Origin: Azolla caroliniana
Taxonomy: Eukaryota; Plantae; Polypodiophyta
Direction of reading: 5' to 3'
NCBI GenBank assembly: GCA_043228905.1
Contig: JBHGNT010000010.1
Span: forward strand, 9,548,001-9,612,000
Length of the DNA: 64,000 bases
Shown here one piece after another: positions 12,257 to 25,797 of the stretch (the stretch's first letter is position 1; each line of letters opens with the position of its first letter). The position numbers and the translations under genes were made by a program. Under the pieces are notes generated by a model, which was given only the letters and a program-made list of their open reading frames with translations, was not told the DNA's origin and did not search any database.

Positions 12257-15200
12257 ATGGAGTCAGAAACGTTGGATGCATCTAGCAGCACTTCTGTTGG
12301 TCGTAATAGTTCATGTAAGAACTATTCGTTTCTTGGAAAAGATCATATTGAGATTCTCAAATTTGATGGATCTAATTTTGCTTTGTGGAAGAATCAAATG
12401 CGTGATGTACTTGTTCAAAGAAAGCAAACGAGACCTCTAGGCGGCAAAGCAAAGAAGCCGAATGAGATGGATGATGATGGTAGGGAGGAACTTAATGCTT
12501 TGACCATGTCTACTATAAGACTGCACTTGGCGGATAGTGTCTATTGGACATTGTTTTAGACAGTAAAAATTCCGAAGAACTTTGGAAAAAATTATGTAAT
12601 ACATATGAGAAGGAAATTGCAGCAAACAAAGTGTTTTTGATGAGAAAGCTCTATGACCTTCGCATGAAGGACACCGATAGTGTTGCTTCTCATCTAAATG
12701 AGTTTGATGCATTATGGTCTCAGTTGCAAGCTCAAAAGATGACCATGGATGATGAGCTAAAATCTGTTTTTTTGTTATGCACGTTGCCTGCCTCATGGGA
12801 CACTGCCATTAGTAATAGTGCACCAAAAGGCAAATTGGTGTATACTTATATTTGTGGAGCCTTGCTAAGTGAGGAGATTCGTAGGAAATATATGGTCACC
12901 TCACAAGTTGGAGAGGCATATAATGTACGAGATTCTCGTTATGCCAAGAACCAACAACGTGGTAGAAGCCAAACCAGAAACAACCATGGAATGATAAGAG
13001 CAGAAGCAAATCTAGAAAGGGACTTGTGGAATGCCATTATTGCCACAAGAAGGGTCATATGAAAAATGAATGTCATGCCTTGAAGAACAAAGAAAGAGAA
13101 AAGGAAAAGGGCAAAACCCATGGGGATGGGCATGTTATGCAAGTGACCAGTTCATCATCCTCAAAGAAAATAGATGAAATAAATGCTACATGTGATGATG
13201 ATGTTGACATTTTGGTTGTGGATGATGATGCTACTTATGTTGAGGTCAATATGGCTCACTCACTTGCTCATACATTGTTGTTGGACTCTGGGCTTCATTT
13301 CATGTGACCCCACATAGAGAGTGGTTCACACGATATGAAGCTAAACCACTTGGTACAGTCTACTTGGAGATTCACGTCAGTGTGATGTGGTTGGCATTGG
13401 AGATGTTTTGGTACAGTTTTCTGATGGTTCTCAGTTTCTTGTATAAAATGTACGCCATGTGCCTGAGCTAACTCGTAGCTTGATGTCTATTGGACAACTT
13501 GATGACATTGGATATAAAGTGATATTTGCTTCCCAGTGCTTTCCTATTACAAAAGAAAATATGGTTATTGCCAAAGGGAACAAAGTTTCTTCACTTTATC
13601 CCTTGTCCATAAGAAAGAACATCTTTTGACTGTCACAGAACAACCCATGACTTGTATTTGGCATGGTCTTTTAGGTCATATGTCTTGTAGTGGAATGGAA
13701 GCTCTGTCTCGTTTTGGCTACTTACCCGTGTTATCTTTTTCTAATTTTTCAATTTGTGAGAATTGTCAATATGGTAAACAAACGAGAAATGTATATCAGA
13801 TTCATTCTAACTCTTCTACTCACCCCTTGGATCTAGTTCATACAGATGTATGTGGACCTATGCCTACTAGATCATTGGGTGGAGCTTTGTATTTTGTTAC
13901 TTTTATCAATGCTTCCACAAGAAAAATGTGGATGTATTCCATAAAGGGAAAGGGTGATCTATTATACCCCATTTTTAGAAAATGGCTTGCCTTAGTTTAG
14001 ATTGAAGAAGGAATAAAGCTTAAGGCGTTACGTTCCAATAATGGAGTGAATATACCTCTAATGAGTTCAGGATTGTTTATGAGTCTAGAGGCATTCGTAG
14101 AGAATGCATTGCCCCTTACACTCCTCGTACAAAATGGTGTAGCAGAAAGGATAAATAGAACCATCCAAGATAGAGTTGTTTCTATGTTGCATCATGCAAA
14201 CCTTCCACAAGGTTTTGGGCAGAAGCAGTTCAGACTGTTGTTCATGTGATTAATCTATCACCTAGTACTGCCAAAGGCTTGAAAGTGGCACAAGAGCTGT
14301 GGACTGGAAAAAATCTCACTATGATCATCGTAGAGTGTTTGGATGTGAAGCATATGTTCATGTTCCAAAACAGTTAAGGTAGAAACTAGATTTCAAAAGT
14401 AGAAAATGTATTTTACTTGGCTATGGTATAGATGGTCTATTTGGATATTTCTTATGGGACCCTAAAACCCACACTATAGTTGGTAGTAGTGATGAAGTTT
14501 TCAATGAAAAGATTATGCATAAGCAACCAATTAAGGAAGTGGAAGTGAGGAAAGTGGTATTTCAAGATGTTAGACCCTCTATTAGTGTGTAAAAGAATAA
14601 TCTCAGACCCATGCCAGACAGTTCTGCATATGTTCACCCATATGAGGATGTTCAAGATGATGGCACATGTGTACAACCTGAGAACATTACGACTCCAGTT
14701 CAGCAACTAGTGTGATGATCTACTCGGGTCTCTAGGCCACTTGGTAGGCTCACAAACTATGTGATGTTAACGGATGCAGGGGAACCCTATTGCTATAAAG
14801 AAGCTATGTTGGCTAGTGATCATGCAAAGTGAATTGGATAGTATTCATAAGAATGGTACTTGGGATTTAGTAACTTTGCCAAAGGATAGGAAAGCATTAC
14901 CATGCAAGTGGGTCTACAAGTATAAATATACATCTGATAAGATTTCTCCAAAGTACAAAGGACGCTTGGTAGCGGAAGGTTTCAAGCAAGAACAAGGAGT
15001 TGACTTGATGAAATGTTTTCTCTTGTAGTTAAGATGACTATATTGCACATGTTGCTTGCATTAGTTGTGAATCAGGACTTAGAATTAGACCAAATGGATG
15101 TAAAGACTACTTTCTTGCATGGGGATCTTGATGAGGAGATCTATATGGAACTATTAGAAGGTTATGAAGTCTCTAGCAAAGAACACTTGGTATGTAAACT

Positions 15201-16730
15201 CAAGAAGAGCTTGTACGGTCTTAAGCAGTCCTCAAGATTGTGGTACCAAAAGTTTGATACTTTTATAAAGACTTATGGGTGCACTAGAAGGAATGAGGAT
15301 CCTTTACTTTATAAGAAAAAATGTTCAGATGAGACTTCTATTATGTTGATACTCTATGTTGATGACATGCTTATCGCTGGTAAAAACAAGGAGGAGTTAT
15401 CCTTGTTGAAGAAAACTTGAGTCAGACTTTTGACATGAAGGATTTGGGAGACACAAAACATATTCTTGGTATGCGTATTACTCGTGATAGGAGTAAATGA
15501 TGCATTTACTTGTCTTAGGCTGCGTACATATCCAAAGTACTCAAGAGGTTTAGTATGGAGAATGCAAAGCCGTTGAGCACTCCATTGCCTACATATGTAA
15601 AGTTGACAATGTGTGATTGCCCCACATTTGATGAGGACAAGGAATTCATTACCAAGGTTCCTTATCAATATGCTATTGGTAGTCTTATGTATGCCATGGT
15701 GGCTACTAGACCAGACATTGCATTTGTCGTGGGAGCGGTAAGTCGATTCATGTCAAATCTTGGTAAGAAACATTAGGATGTACTCAAGTTGAGATTGAGA
15801 TATCTAAGTGGCACTAAAGATAAGTGTCTATGTTTGGGTAGAGGTGATGTCTTTATCATCGGATACACAGATTCAAATTATGTTGGATGTGCTGATAGTA
15901 GGAAATCTACTTCAAGGTACATTTTTCAAATTCTGGGAGGTGCCATTGCTTGGAGATCTCATCTTCAAGAATGTGTCATATTGTTAGCTACAGAGGCTGA
16001 CTATGTTGCAACAAGTGAGGCATGTAAGGAAGCAATTAGGTTATCTTGGTTAGCTAGTGACATGGGTATACCTCAACACGTACCCAAATTGTTTTATGAT
16101 AGTCAGAGTGGCATTGTGTTGAGCGGCAAGCTCAACTGGAGCCGGATTGGCTGAATAAGCCTGAGCCGGCAAGCGAGACGAATCGGTAAGCCGTGAGCAA
16201 CCGAGCCGGCAAGCAATAGAGCCGGTGAGCTGGGGAGCCAGTTAGCCGGATCCAATCGGTAACCGAAAGCCTAGTATTAGTTTAGACTACTATGCAATTA
16301 TAGTCTCGTATTAAGTGTCAGAAGCTCGTGTAGCATTGAAGTACGCGGTACTTCTGTCAGTCCCATGAGGACTTGTATAAATAGTGCTACTGAGCACAGT
16401 TGTATGATATAGAGTGATTATATCGTTTTGAATATAGCTCTTACGTTCTCTCTCTCTGTCTCTCCCGTGTACTCCTTCTATTCCCTACTTTCTCTGTCTT
16501 CTAACGCTTCCGCAAGTAATCGTTCACACATTGCTTTGGCTAAGAACCCAGTATATCATGCAAAGACCAAACACATTAGAGTACGATAACATTTCATTCG
16601 TAAATGCTTAGCTAATGGTTGCATTAGCGTTAAGAAGGTTGTGTCTTGAGAAAATGTCGCAAACACATTGACCAAGGCCTTACCACAAGATGCATTGGGG
16701 CATTGTTGTCACTTGATGGGGATCACCTAG
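12257..16730 (+). pseudogene. Copia gag-PR-INT-RT-RH polyprotein, frameshifted
   Basis: KFDGSNF, CHYCHKKGH zinc knuckle, LLDSG, LVHTDVCGP, LYVDDML, TRPDIA, KNPVYHAKTKHI. Confidence 0.92.
16117..16528 (+). mobile_element. Solo LTR inserted in the Copia RNase H
   Basis: TG...CA with perfect TSD CATTG (16112-16116 and 16529-16533). Removing it restores DSQSGIALAKNPVYH. Confidence 0.92.
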
Positions 16731-17034
16731 TGCCTTATGTAACATGCCCATCAGGTGGGAGCTATAGGCCTTGTATGGTTCAACCTTCTATTGTTCACAC
16801 TCTTGGTTTAGGCCTTTTAATGGGAGATTGTTATATGTACATATACACGTACATAGTGTGAAAAGGCCAAAATGGCCGGTGCTCTTATTTTTTACTTTAG
16901 TTTTCTTTTGTGGCTACAAGGTGAGATAAAAAACCTCTGTTGTATATAGGCAGAAATATATTGCAACCATCGTTTTTCTGTTTTTGCTAGCTATCAGAGT
17001 TTTTTCCTATCCATTTTTCCTGCCTTTGAATTCA

Positions 17035-17250
17035 ATCCACGGGCGGATCATTGACACCTATCATAGTGGAGGAACCCTTTGAGATGGTCGGTTGGGACAT
17101 CATGGGACCATTCCCAGTTTCAATATGACGCAACAAATACATATTAGTGATCATGGAGTACCTGATGCATTGGTGTGAGGTTGTCACTCTACTTAATTCA
17201 ACAAGTACAATAGCTAGTGCACTATTGCAAAGCGTCATTTTTCCCCACGT
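17035..17250 (+). pseudogene. pol: Continuation of the host Gypsy integrase core
   Basis: EEPFEMVGWDIMGPFP..NKYILVIMEYL. Confidence 0.8.
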
Positions 17251-17544
17251 GTCTATTGGAAGAAAATTTTGAATTCGGTTCTAGACGTGTATGTCACAAT
17301 AATGATAATAAGTTGATAATAGAAATTATAATTATTAACCAAATAAATGCTCAATTAATTTAGCAATAGAAATTAAAATATAAATAAGATATTAATAATA
17401 AATTTACCATATAATTAAATAAATTATTATTTTTAATTAAAATTAATTACAATCATAATAATAACATCGACAAATACATACATTTACTAAAGTCGGTGAG
17501 CACATAAAAACATACACACACATCTAGTTATGAGTTGTGCTCAA

Positions 17545-18500
17545 AGTTACACTCCCCCTAAAATTCTTTAAGATAATTTGACTTCCTCAAGTATACTAAC
17601 AAAGACTTGCCAACCCATCCTCCTTGATTCAAGTCCCCAATGGTCCTCGATTCAAATACATGCTTAACTTCATGACACCGCTTTTTGAATTCTTGTAGCA
17701 CTTGGTGGTGCATCTCCCCTTCCTAGGTCATTCCACCCAATCCATTAACCCTTCCTTTGTCATCCTAATGGAGTTATCGAAGCCATACTCTACTAGTAGA
17801 GGTCCCAATCACAACTCTTTGTTAGCATCTCGAGTATCCCAACATGGAGACTCGGGACTACCACCCTTGCAAAGCCACTCAACTGATTTGCCTGCGGGAT
17901 GATTCTCCTTAGCATCTTAGATTTGTAAGACCCCAAATATCAAGATACATATTTCCCATTGAATTGTCTAGATATTCCCATGACCATTTCTATGGCTTTG
18001 TCAAGCCCGATCATATTCTCTCTTTTTTGCACCATTCAGTCCGTGGTTACAACCACCCTCACAATGAGGTCTTCTCCTTGCATTTTTACATCTCCCTTGC
18101 TACTCTTTAACTTCAAGCTCACCAAAGATGTCGTGTAAACACGCGTGCACGTGCTACTCGAGTGGAACCATTGGGGACCTGAATAAAGGAGGATGATATG
18201 CCATGTGAGAGATTCTTCAAGCTGCCTTGTAGATCTCCCTATGTGAATCCCCTTATATATAATTGGTTCACAAACATCTCATGCAACGAGAACGTTTGAG
18301 GAGTCGAACGCTCAAAGGATGCAAACATTCCAAGGATGTGAATGCTCCGAGGAGGCAAACACTACTATGACACGAACATTTCGAGGACGCGAACATTCCC
18401 ATGATGGGAAAGATCGGAGAACACGAACGTACCCAAAAGGAAAATGGAGGAGGCGAATGTAGGAGACAAGGCAAAGCTCACCTTGCCAACAACCGCTTAT
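17545..18500 (-). mobile_element. Highly decayed gag-only element of the TGTCGTG clade (boundaries uncertain)
   Basis: On the minus strand: LTR end cacgaca at 18129, degenerate PBS tggtgagc, gag remnant QFNGK..RVVVP..WD homologous to 42840-43200, and PPT agggggag plus TGTAAC near 17551. Confidence 0.55.
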
Positions 18501-19113
18501 CCCATCATACTCACATACACTTGCACAAAAGCATAGGGTAGTTAACATATGATTAATGTTAATCATGCATGATAAGCACAATTGCTCTTGACTAACACTA
18601 GGACACGATAATCGGTCAAAACAAACGTTTAGTTAGAGAAATGTCTCTTTCTTATGACAAAATCAGTTTTGACAATAATTACCATGAATACGATGCATTT
18701 TACAAAGACCCACGTTTGGGGTTTAAACAAGTCGGGGAAGTAATGGGACAAGGTGGCCCAACTTCGGTGTGGATCTGAGCTAAGCAATTGAGGCCTCGCC
18801 TATGTTCAACGAAAATGACACTTTCAAGTTGAAGTAGTGTCCTTGAGTTAGATAAGCTCCCGTCAACAACCAAAGAGCTTATTCCTATGAATCACCTCCA
18901 CAATAGCTGTCCATGGTGAAAAAGAAGACCAAAAAACTCTCAAAAGAAGTGGAGATGGAGAAGAAGAACTAAAGAATAACAAAAATGTATACCTTTGTTG
19001 CAAAACCTTCCAAAATGTGAGGGCAAGTTGAGTGGACTGTCAAGACTGCAACCACTCTCACAACAACTGCACCTCAACGTCAGTGTACTGTTCTCGAGTT
19101 ACCTCGTACTCCC

Positions 19114-22100
19114 TGTTAGGATATGTCCCTCCTATGGGAGAAGCCGACTGGTTCGACCGAGAGCCGACAATCGATGTCATAGAGAGTTGACATGAAGAGT
19201 CGAAAACACACGATCCAAGTTGAAGATAAGAATGACTAAGTCGGGCCGACTAGAGGGTTGATGACAAGGTCGACTAGTCGGGCTGACTGGACAATCGACA
19301 CAGGAGTCGGCTAGTCAAATCGACTAGCTGACCAATCGACTGATTAATTGTTACTGTTATAAGTATAATAATAGGAATAATAGTAGCAGAGGCGATAAGT
19401 GTAAATAGCCCATACAATGTATAAGTATAAATACACTTAGGGCAAATGTTGAACGTGTGATGCAGTGTAGAACAGAAAGAGCTGTTGCGAGCCTCTGTCA
19501 TATAGTGATATAGAGCATAGAGAGAGATAGAGGGACAAGAGAGAGCGGTGCCATCTATGTGAGCTTAGACGCCAAGAGCCCTGCATGGCTGATACACTCT
19601 GCACGGAGTGGTGTATACTGTCTTCTTGTATTCTCCATTGTATAATGGATGTTTGTTCCTGTGGTTTGCCCTGTTTAGGGTTTCCACGTAAAACTCTGTT
19701 TATCTTCTATATATTTGATGGCTTTTTTCCCTTTGTCTTTCTCACGAATCATAGGGAATGAAACCCCACAAATTGGTATCAGAGCGCTGAGGTGAAAGAT
19801 GGAAGGAGGTGTGAGTGACCTCCCAAGCATGATAGTTCTAAACTCTCAGAACTATGCAAACTGGAAGATAAAGATGGAAGACCTGCTCATTGTCGAAGAC
19901 CTGTATGAGCCCATCGGCAGAGCAGAAATACCCATGGGGATATTAGAATCTGAATGGAAACTTCTGAACAGAAAGGCGGTGGCCACCATCAGCTAATGTG
20001 TCGATATGAGTAACCTTCAACATGTGGCGAACAACAGAAATGCCTACAAGATGTGGTAGATGTTGTCAGGTCTATGTGAGTGGAAGAACGCCCTCAACAA
20101 AACATATTTGATGAGAAAGGTTGTGAGGTTGAAATACAGGGACGGAGAAAGCGTAGTCAAGCACATTAGCACATTAGCACATTCATGGGGTATGTGAACC
20201 AACTTGCTACAACCAAGTTTCCCCTTGAGGATGCAATGTAGGCCATCCTGCTACTGTGTACCCTGCTGGACAACTGCGAGAATCTGGTGGTGACTCTCAG
20301 CACCTCATGTCAAGAAGAGAACTAGTCTCTACAAGCGGTAGAGAAAAGCATCTTTAACGAGTAGAAAAGAAGGAAAGACAAGGGTGTCTTGTCCTAGTCG
20401 GAGTTAAACTTCACTCAGCATACCGGTAGAGGAAGGAACCGACAAAGGAGTCAACCAAGGAGAGAAAAGTCCCAAGCCAGATCCAAGTCAAGAGGTAAGC
20501 TAACAGGCTTCTATTGTGGAAAGATTGGACAATTTCAGAAGGACTGTTGACACATGAGGAAGGACAAAGGTGTTGGGAATGGTGTCGAACCCATGAATGT
20601 TCCTGATGAAAAGGGTACTTCAGCTGTTGCTACAAGTACAGATGAGATCTTGTTCATTTGTAAACTAGGAAGCACAAATCTTGCAAGTGAAGAGTGCACT
20701 TGGGTAATCGACTCGGGTGCATCTTTCCATATAACTTTGTTGAGAGAGTGTTTCTCGACTTACACAACTGGGGATCATGGCTATGTAAAGATGGGAGATA
20801 ATGGGGAGTGCAAGATAGCCATCATAGGAAGTGTATGCCTGAAGAAGTCGACTGGTTGTTGACTGATGCTGAAAGAAGTTCAACATGTCCCCGATATCAG
20901 ATTGAATCTGATATCGACTGGAAGGTTGGATGATGAAGCCTACAGTGGTAGCTTCCGAAACGGCAAGTGTAAGTTCTACCAAGGAAACCTCAAAGTGGAC
21001 CGAGCACAGAAAGAGAGCACACTGTATATGATGTATGCCCGACTGTGCAAATCAGGAGTGAATGTGGCAACCGACTAGAGTGGAGAGTTATGGCATAAGA
21101 GGCTTGGCCACATGAGTGAAAAATGAATGCACATCATGGCCGACCAGGAACTTCTCCCAGAAGTGAAAGGAGTACACTTGGAGAAGTGTGTTGACTGCTT
21201 AGTCGGAAAGCAGAACAATACAAAATTCCACACAAGACCACCAAGAAGAAGAGAAGTTGGACTGGAACTAGTGCACACGGATGTGTGCTATGTAGATGCT
21301 CCATCACATCGAGGTGGATAGTACTTCGTAACGTTTATTGAGGACTATAGTGGAAAGACATGGGCCTTCGTACTGAAGTTGAAGGATCAAGTATTGTCAA
21401 TGTTTAAGGACTTCCAGGCAATAACCGAACGGGAGTCGGGTCGGAAGTTGAAGGTTGTTTGAATTGACAACGGTGGCGAGTATAGAGGGCAACTCGAGGA
21501 ATACTACAAGTGCCAAGGTATTCGGATTGAATACACAGTGCTAAAGACCCCAGAGTTGAACGAGCTTGTAGAGAGGATGAATCGAACAATCATGGAAAGA
21601 GTAAGGATCATGCTCTCCCATCCTAAACTGCCAAAATGGTATTTTGGGCTAAGGTGATGTATACAACTGTTTATCTGATCAACAGGTTTCCCTCAATGCC
21701 ACTAAAAGGTGATGTCCCACAGAGGGTGTGGACAAGAAAGGATGTCTCCTACCGACACCTAAGGGTGTTCGGATGCTTAGTGTATATGCATGTGGCTAAT
21801 GAGCAGAGGTCGAAGCTTGACAGTAAGTCGAAACCATACATATTCATGGGATACTTAGAGGACGAGTTCGGTTACAGGTTGTGGGACTAAGTTGATAAGA
21901 AAGTACTGAGGAGTCGGGACGTAGTCTTCTTGGAAGACAAGAAGATTGAGGACTAAAAGCAACGGAAGTCAGAATCGACATCCCAGTCGACTCCCACTAC
22001 CACTAACTTAAGGCCAAGTGAACCAACACAGTCGACTGTTTGGAGATAACTAGTCGACACAGCCGAATCCAAGTCAGTCGACTCGGAGCAACTGCCCAAC

Positions 22101-23067
22101 ACAGATGAGTCGGAGTTAGCGAACTTATTGAAGTTGATCGAGAACTATGAGTCGGAATCGGAAATCCCTCAACGACCGATCGACACATATGAACCTAAGC
22201 CAAGAGAAGAGTCGACAGAGACATCCGAACCGGAGCTGACAATGAGTGGAAGGACATACCCACTCAAACAAAGGAGAGCATTGACAACATATGCCAATCA
22301 ATACATCCTCTTGACTGATGAAGGTGAACCAAAGTGCTATGAAGAAGCCATAGCTAATGAACACAAGGAGAAATGGCTAAGTGCAATGCAAGACTAGATG
22401 GACTCCTTGCACGAAAATTACACCTACGACTTGGTAGAGTTACCTAAAGGTAAGAGAGCACTCATGCATAAATGGGTCTACAAAGTGAATATTGGAGACG
22501 TCGACAATGCACCCAGAAGTCGAATAGTGGTGAAGGGGTTCCAATAGAAAAAGGGTGTCGACTTTATTGAAATATCCGCACTAGTCGTGAAGATGACATC
22601 AATTCAAATTGTTCTGAGCATAGCTGCCAGTATGAACTTGGAGATCGAATAGTTAGATGTCAAGAAAACATTCTTGCATGGGGAGTTGGATGAAGAGATG
22701 TACATGCAGTATCCCGAAGGCTTTGAGGAGAAAGGGAAAGAGAACCTGATGTATTGACTGAAGAAAATCTTGTATGGATTGAAACAAGCTCCACACCAAT
22801 GGTACAAGAAGTTCGAATCCTTCATGATGGAACTTTAGTCCAAAAAACACAAGTTGATCAATGTGTGTTTGTCAAAAGGTATGATGAAGGCGACTTCTTG
22901 ATTCTCTTATTATATACATGTGGATGACATGTTGATAGTCAGACAAGACACGATGAGGATCGTGAGCTTGAAGAAAGCACTAGGCAAGTTGTTTGGCATG
23001 AAAGATCTTGGACCGGCAAAACAGACATTGGGGATGCACATAGTTCAGGACAAAACTAAGAAAGTGT
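19114..23067 (+). mobile_element. Decayed Copia copy A, truncated in RT
   Basis: LTR 19114-19770, PBS-Met 19774-19785, gag from 19799, WVIDSGAS, ELVHTDVC and RT VDDML. Confidence 0.92.
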
Positions 23068-25155
23068 TGTTGGGAATATGTCCCTCCAGTGGGAGGAGGA
23101 GGGGACTGTTCGGAAGTAGTCGACAGTCGAAGAGCTGATGGAACCGACTGTTCGGAAATAGCCGACAGTCGAAGAGTCGACAATAGAGAGTCGATTATTC
23201 AAACCGACGATTCATTATTATTATAGTAATAATAATAGTAATGATATGTCGTAGTGGCTACAATTGTAAATAGTCCATACGATGTATAAGTATAAATACA
23301 TCTAAGGCAATTAGACGGATGATGATAAGTGTGAGTGTTATGCGCAAGAGGTAGTGAGAACAAAAGTAGCATGTGAGCGCGTGAGATAGAGAGTGAGTGA
23401 GAGCGGCGCCATAGTTGTGTGCGCAACAACAGACGCCAAGAGCCCTGCGTGACTGATACACTCAAAGGAGTGTTGTAATCTCTATGTTGTATATCCACTA
23501 TACATAGTGAAGCTCTGTTCCCGTGGTTTTCTCCCGTTTTAGGGTTTCCACGTTAAATCTCTGTGCACCATTGTTGTCCTGGTTTCTCACATATCTATGA
23601 TTCGTATTTCAGAACAAACGATTTCTCAACAATCTGGTATCAGAGCTGGAGGTGCAAGCATGGAAGGAGGTGTGAGCGGTTTCCCAGGTATGATAGTTCT
23701 ATACTCACAGAACTATGCATACTAGAAGATAAAGATGGAAGACCTTCTCATCGTGAAAGACCTATACGAGCCAGTCAACAGAGCAGACATACCCAGGGGG
23801 GTATTGGAGTCAGATTGGAAACTTCTAAACAGAAAGGTAGTGGCCACCATCCGATAGTGCATCGACGTAAGTGTTCTTCAACATGTGGCGAACGACACAA
23901 ATGCCCACGAGATGTGGCAGAAGCTGTCGGGTCTGTATAAGAGGAAGAACGCGCTCAATAAAAACTCACTGATGAGAAAATTCGTAAGGCTAAAATACAA
24001 AGACGGTGAGAGCATCGTCAAACACATCAACACGTTCATGGGCTATGTAAATCAACTTGTTGCGACCAAGTTTCCCTTGGATGATGCAATGCAGGCCATC
24101 TTGCTGATGTGCACACTATCGGACAACTGGGAGAACCTGGTGGTTACTCTCAACACCTCCTGTCAAGAAGGGAACTTGTCTTTACAGACGGTGAAGACAA
24201 GCATCCTAAATGAGGAGGCAAGGAGGAAGGACAAGGGAGTCCTGTCCCAGTCAGAGTCAAATGTAGCACAACATTGGGACAGAGGAAGGAACCGGCAAAG
24301 AAGTCCACCAAGGAGAGAAAAGTCCCAAGCCAGATCGAAGTCCAGAGGTAAGCTAATGTGCTTTTATTGTGGTAAACCTGGACACTTCTAGAAGGATTGC
24401 CGACACATGAAAAAAAACAAGGGTGTCGGAAACAATGTCAAACCCAGGAAGACTCCTAATGAGAAGAACACTTCTGCCATTGCTACGAGCAATGAAGAAC
24501 TGTTGTTCATCTGTGACCAGACAAGTGCAAATCTTGCAAGTGAAGAATGCACTTGGGTGATCGATTCGGGGCATCGTTCCACATAACTCCATCGAGAGAG
24601 TATTTCTCGACTTAAATAGTCGGAGATAGTGGAGAGTGCAAGATAGCCAGAGTCGGAAGTGTCCGCTTGACGATGTCGACAGGGTGTCGACTGACTCTGA
24701 AGGATATTTGACACATCCCCGATATAAGATTGAATTTGATATCGACTGGAAGGTTAGATGACAAAGGCTATAGTGGTAGCTTTTGGAATGGCAAGTGGAA
24801 GTCTGCCGAGGAAATCTTATAGTGGCCTGAGCACAGAAAGAAGGCACATTATATGTGATGCATGCCCGACTGTACAAATCAGAAGTAATGGTGGAAGCCG
24901 ACTTAGAAGGAGAAATATGTCATAAGAGGCTAGGCCACATGAGTGAGAAGGGAATGCACCTGGAGAAGTGCATCGAGTACTTAGTCGGAAAGCAAAATAG
25001 AGCAGCATTCCACACAAGACCACCGAGGAGAAGAGAAGTGCCACTGGAACTAGTACACACGGACGTGTGCTATGTGGATGCTCCATCACATCGAGGTGGA
25101 CAGTACTTTGTGACGTTCATTGAAGACTATAGTCGGAAGACATGGGCCTTCGTAC
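23068..25155 (+). mobile_element. Copia copy B of the same family nested in copy A, truncated in integrase
   Basis: LTR 23068-23631, PBS-Met at 23635, gag from 23660 with CFYCGKPGH, ELVHTDVC. Confidence 0.92.
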
Positions 25156-25797
25156 ATATTTTACCAACTTTACAATCCTTGATCGCAAACTGAACACATT
25201 CTCTATCGACCCTTGATTTGAACCCACGACCTCAACTTCGAAACGAGAGGTTCTCCACCCAATGACCTAGTCTTCTTTACTTGATTGTATTATTTTCTCA
25301 CTCTCTCTTGATTATCCCTTGTTTTCCTTGCCCCTCTTTATATAAGTGTTGCCATGCATATGGTACTGTATGGGAGCATGGCATGCATGCAATGCATGAG
25401 TTACATGTAATGCATGATCGCCATTTGGCGCACATGTATTGCACGTGATGCATGGTAGCCATCATGCTCACTTGAGCTCCCATGTATGAAAATAGATATG
25501 GGATATGTATACTGATGAAAATGCATTTTAAAATAACTAACCTAGCTTAGTGGTGTATACTTTGTGTTTGGCATACAAGGTTGAGAGTTCAAGTCTCTTA
25601 ATTTTACTTAATACAATATATAGCTTCATTCTTATATCATCAAGCACATTTATTACACACTTTTAAAAATAAATAGCCTAGCCTAGTGGTATGTACATTG
25701 TACTTCGTATATAAGGATGTGGGTTCAAGTCTCTCAAATATTATTAAATACAACATTTAAGCTCATTTTTATATCGTGAAGCACATTCTTCACGACA
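25156..25797 (-). repeat. 3' LTR (left end truncated) with a duplicated ~135-bp unit and tRNA-like boxes
   Basis: The reverse complement starts TGTCGTGAAG after PPT agagggggtggg (25798-25809). Confidence 0.75.
25543..25599 (+). promoter_or_regulatory. tRNA-like Pol III A-box/B-box cassette (second copy at 25679-25735)
   Basis: TAGCTTAGTGG (A-box) and gagag-TTCAAGT-ctctt T-arm at tRNA-like spacing. Confidence 0.6.

Larger units (their letters stand above)
11573..17034 (+). mobile_element. Near-complete decayed Ty1/Copia element (Tork/Tnt1-like)
   Basis: 5' LTR 11573-11827, PBS-Met tggtatcagag at 11829, PPT aatgggagat, 3' LTR 16829-17034 (truncated). Confidence 0.93.

Noticed and set aside
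19114-23631. Single intact Copia with two LTRs
   Set aside because: The second LTR interrupts RT, lacks a PPT and is followed by a PBS and a new gag.
25536-25740. Functional tRNA genes
   Set aside because: A/B boxes and a T-arm are present, but acceptor and anticodon stems are not convincing. Reported only as tRNA-like.
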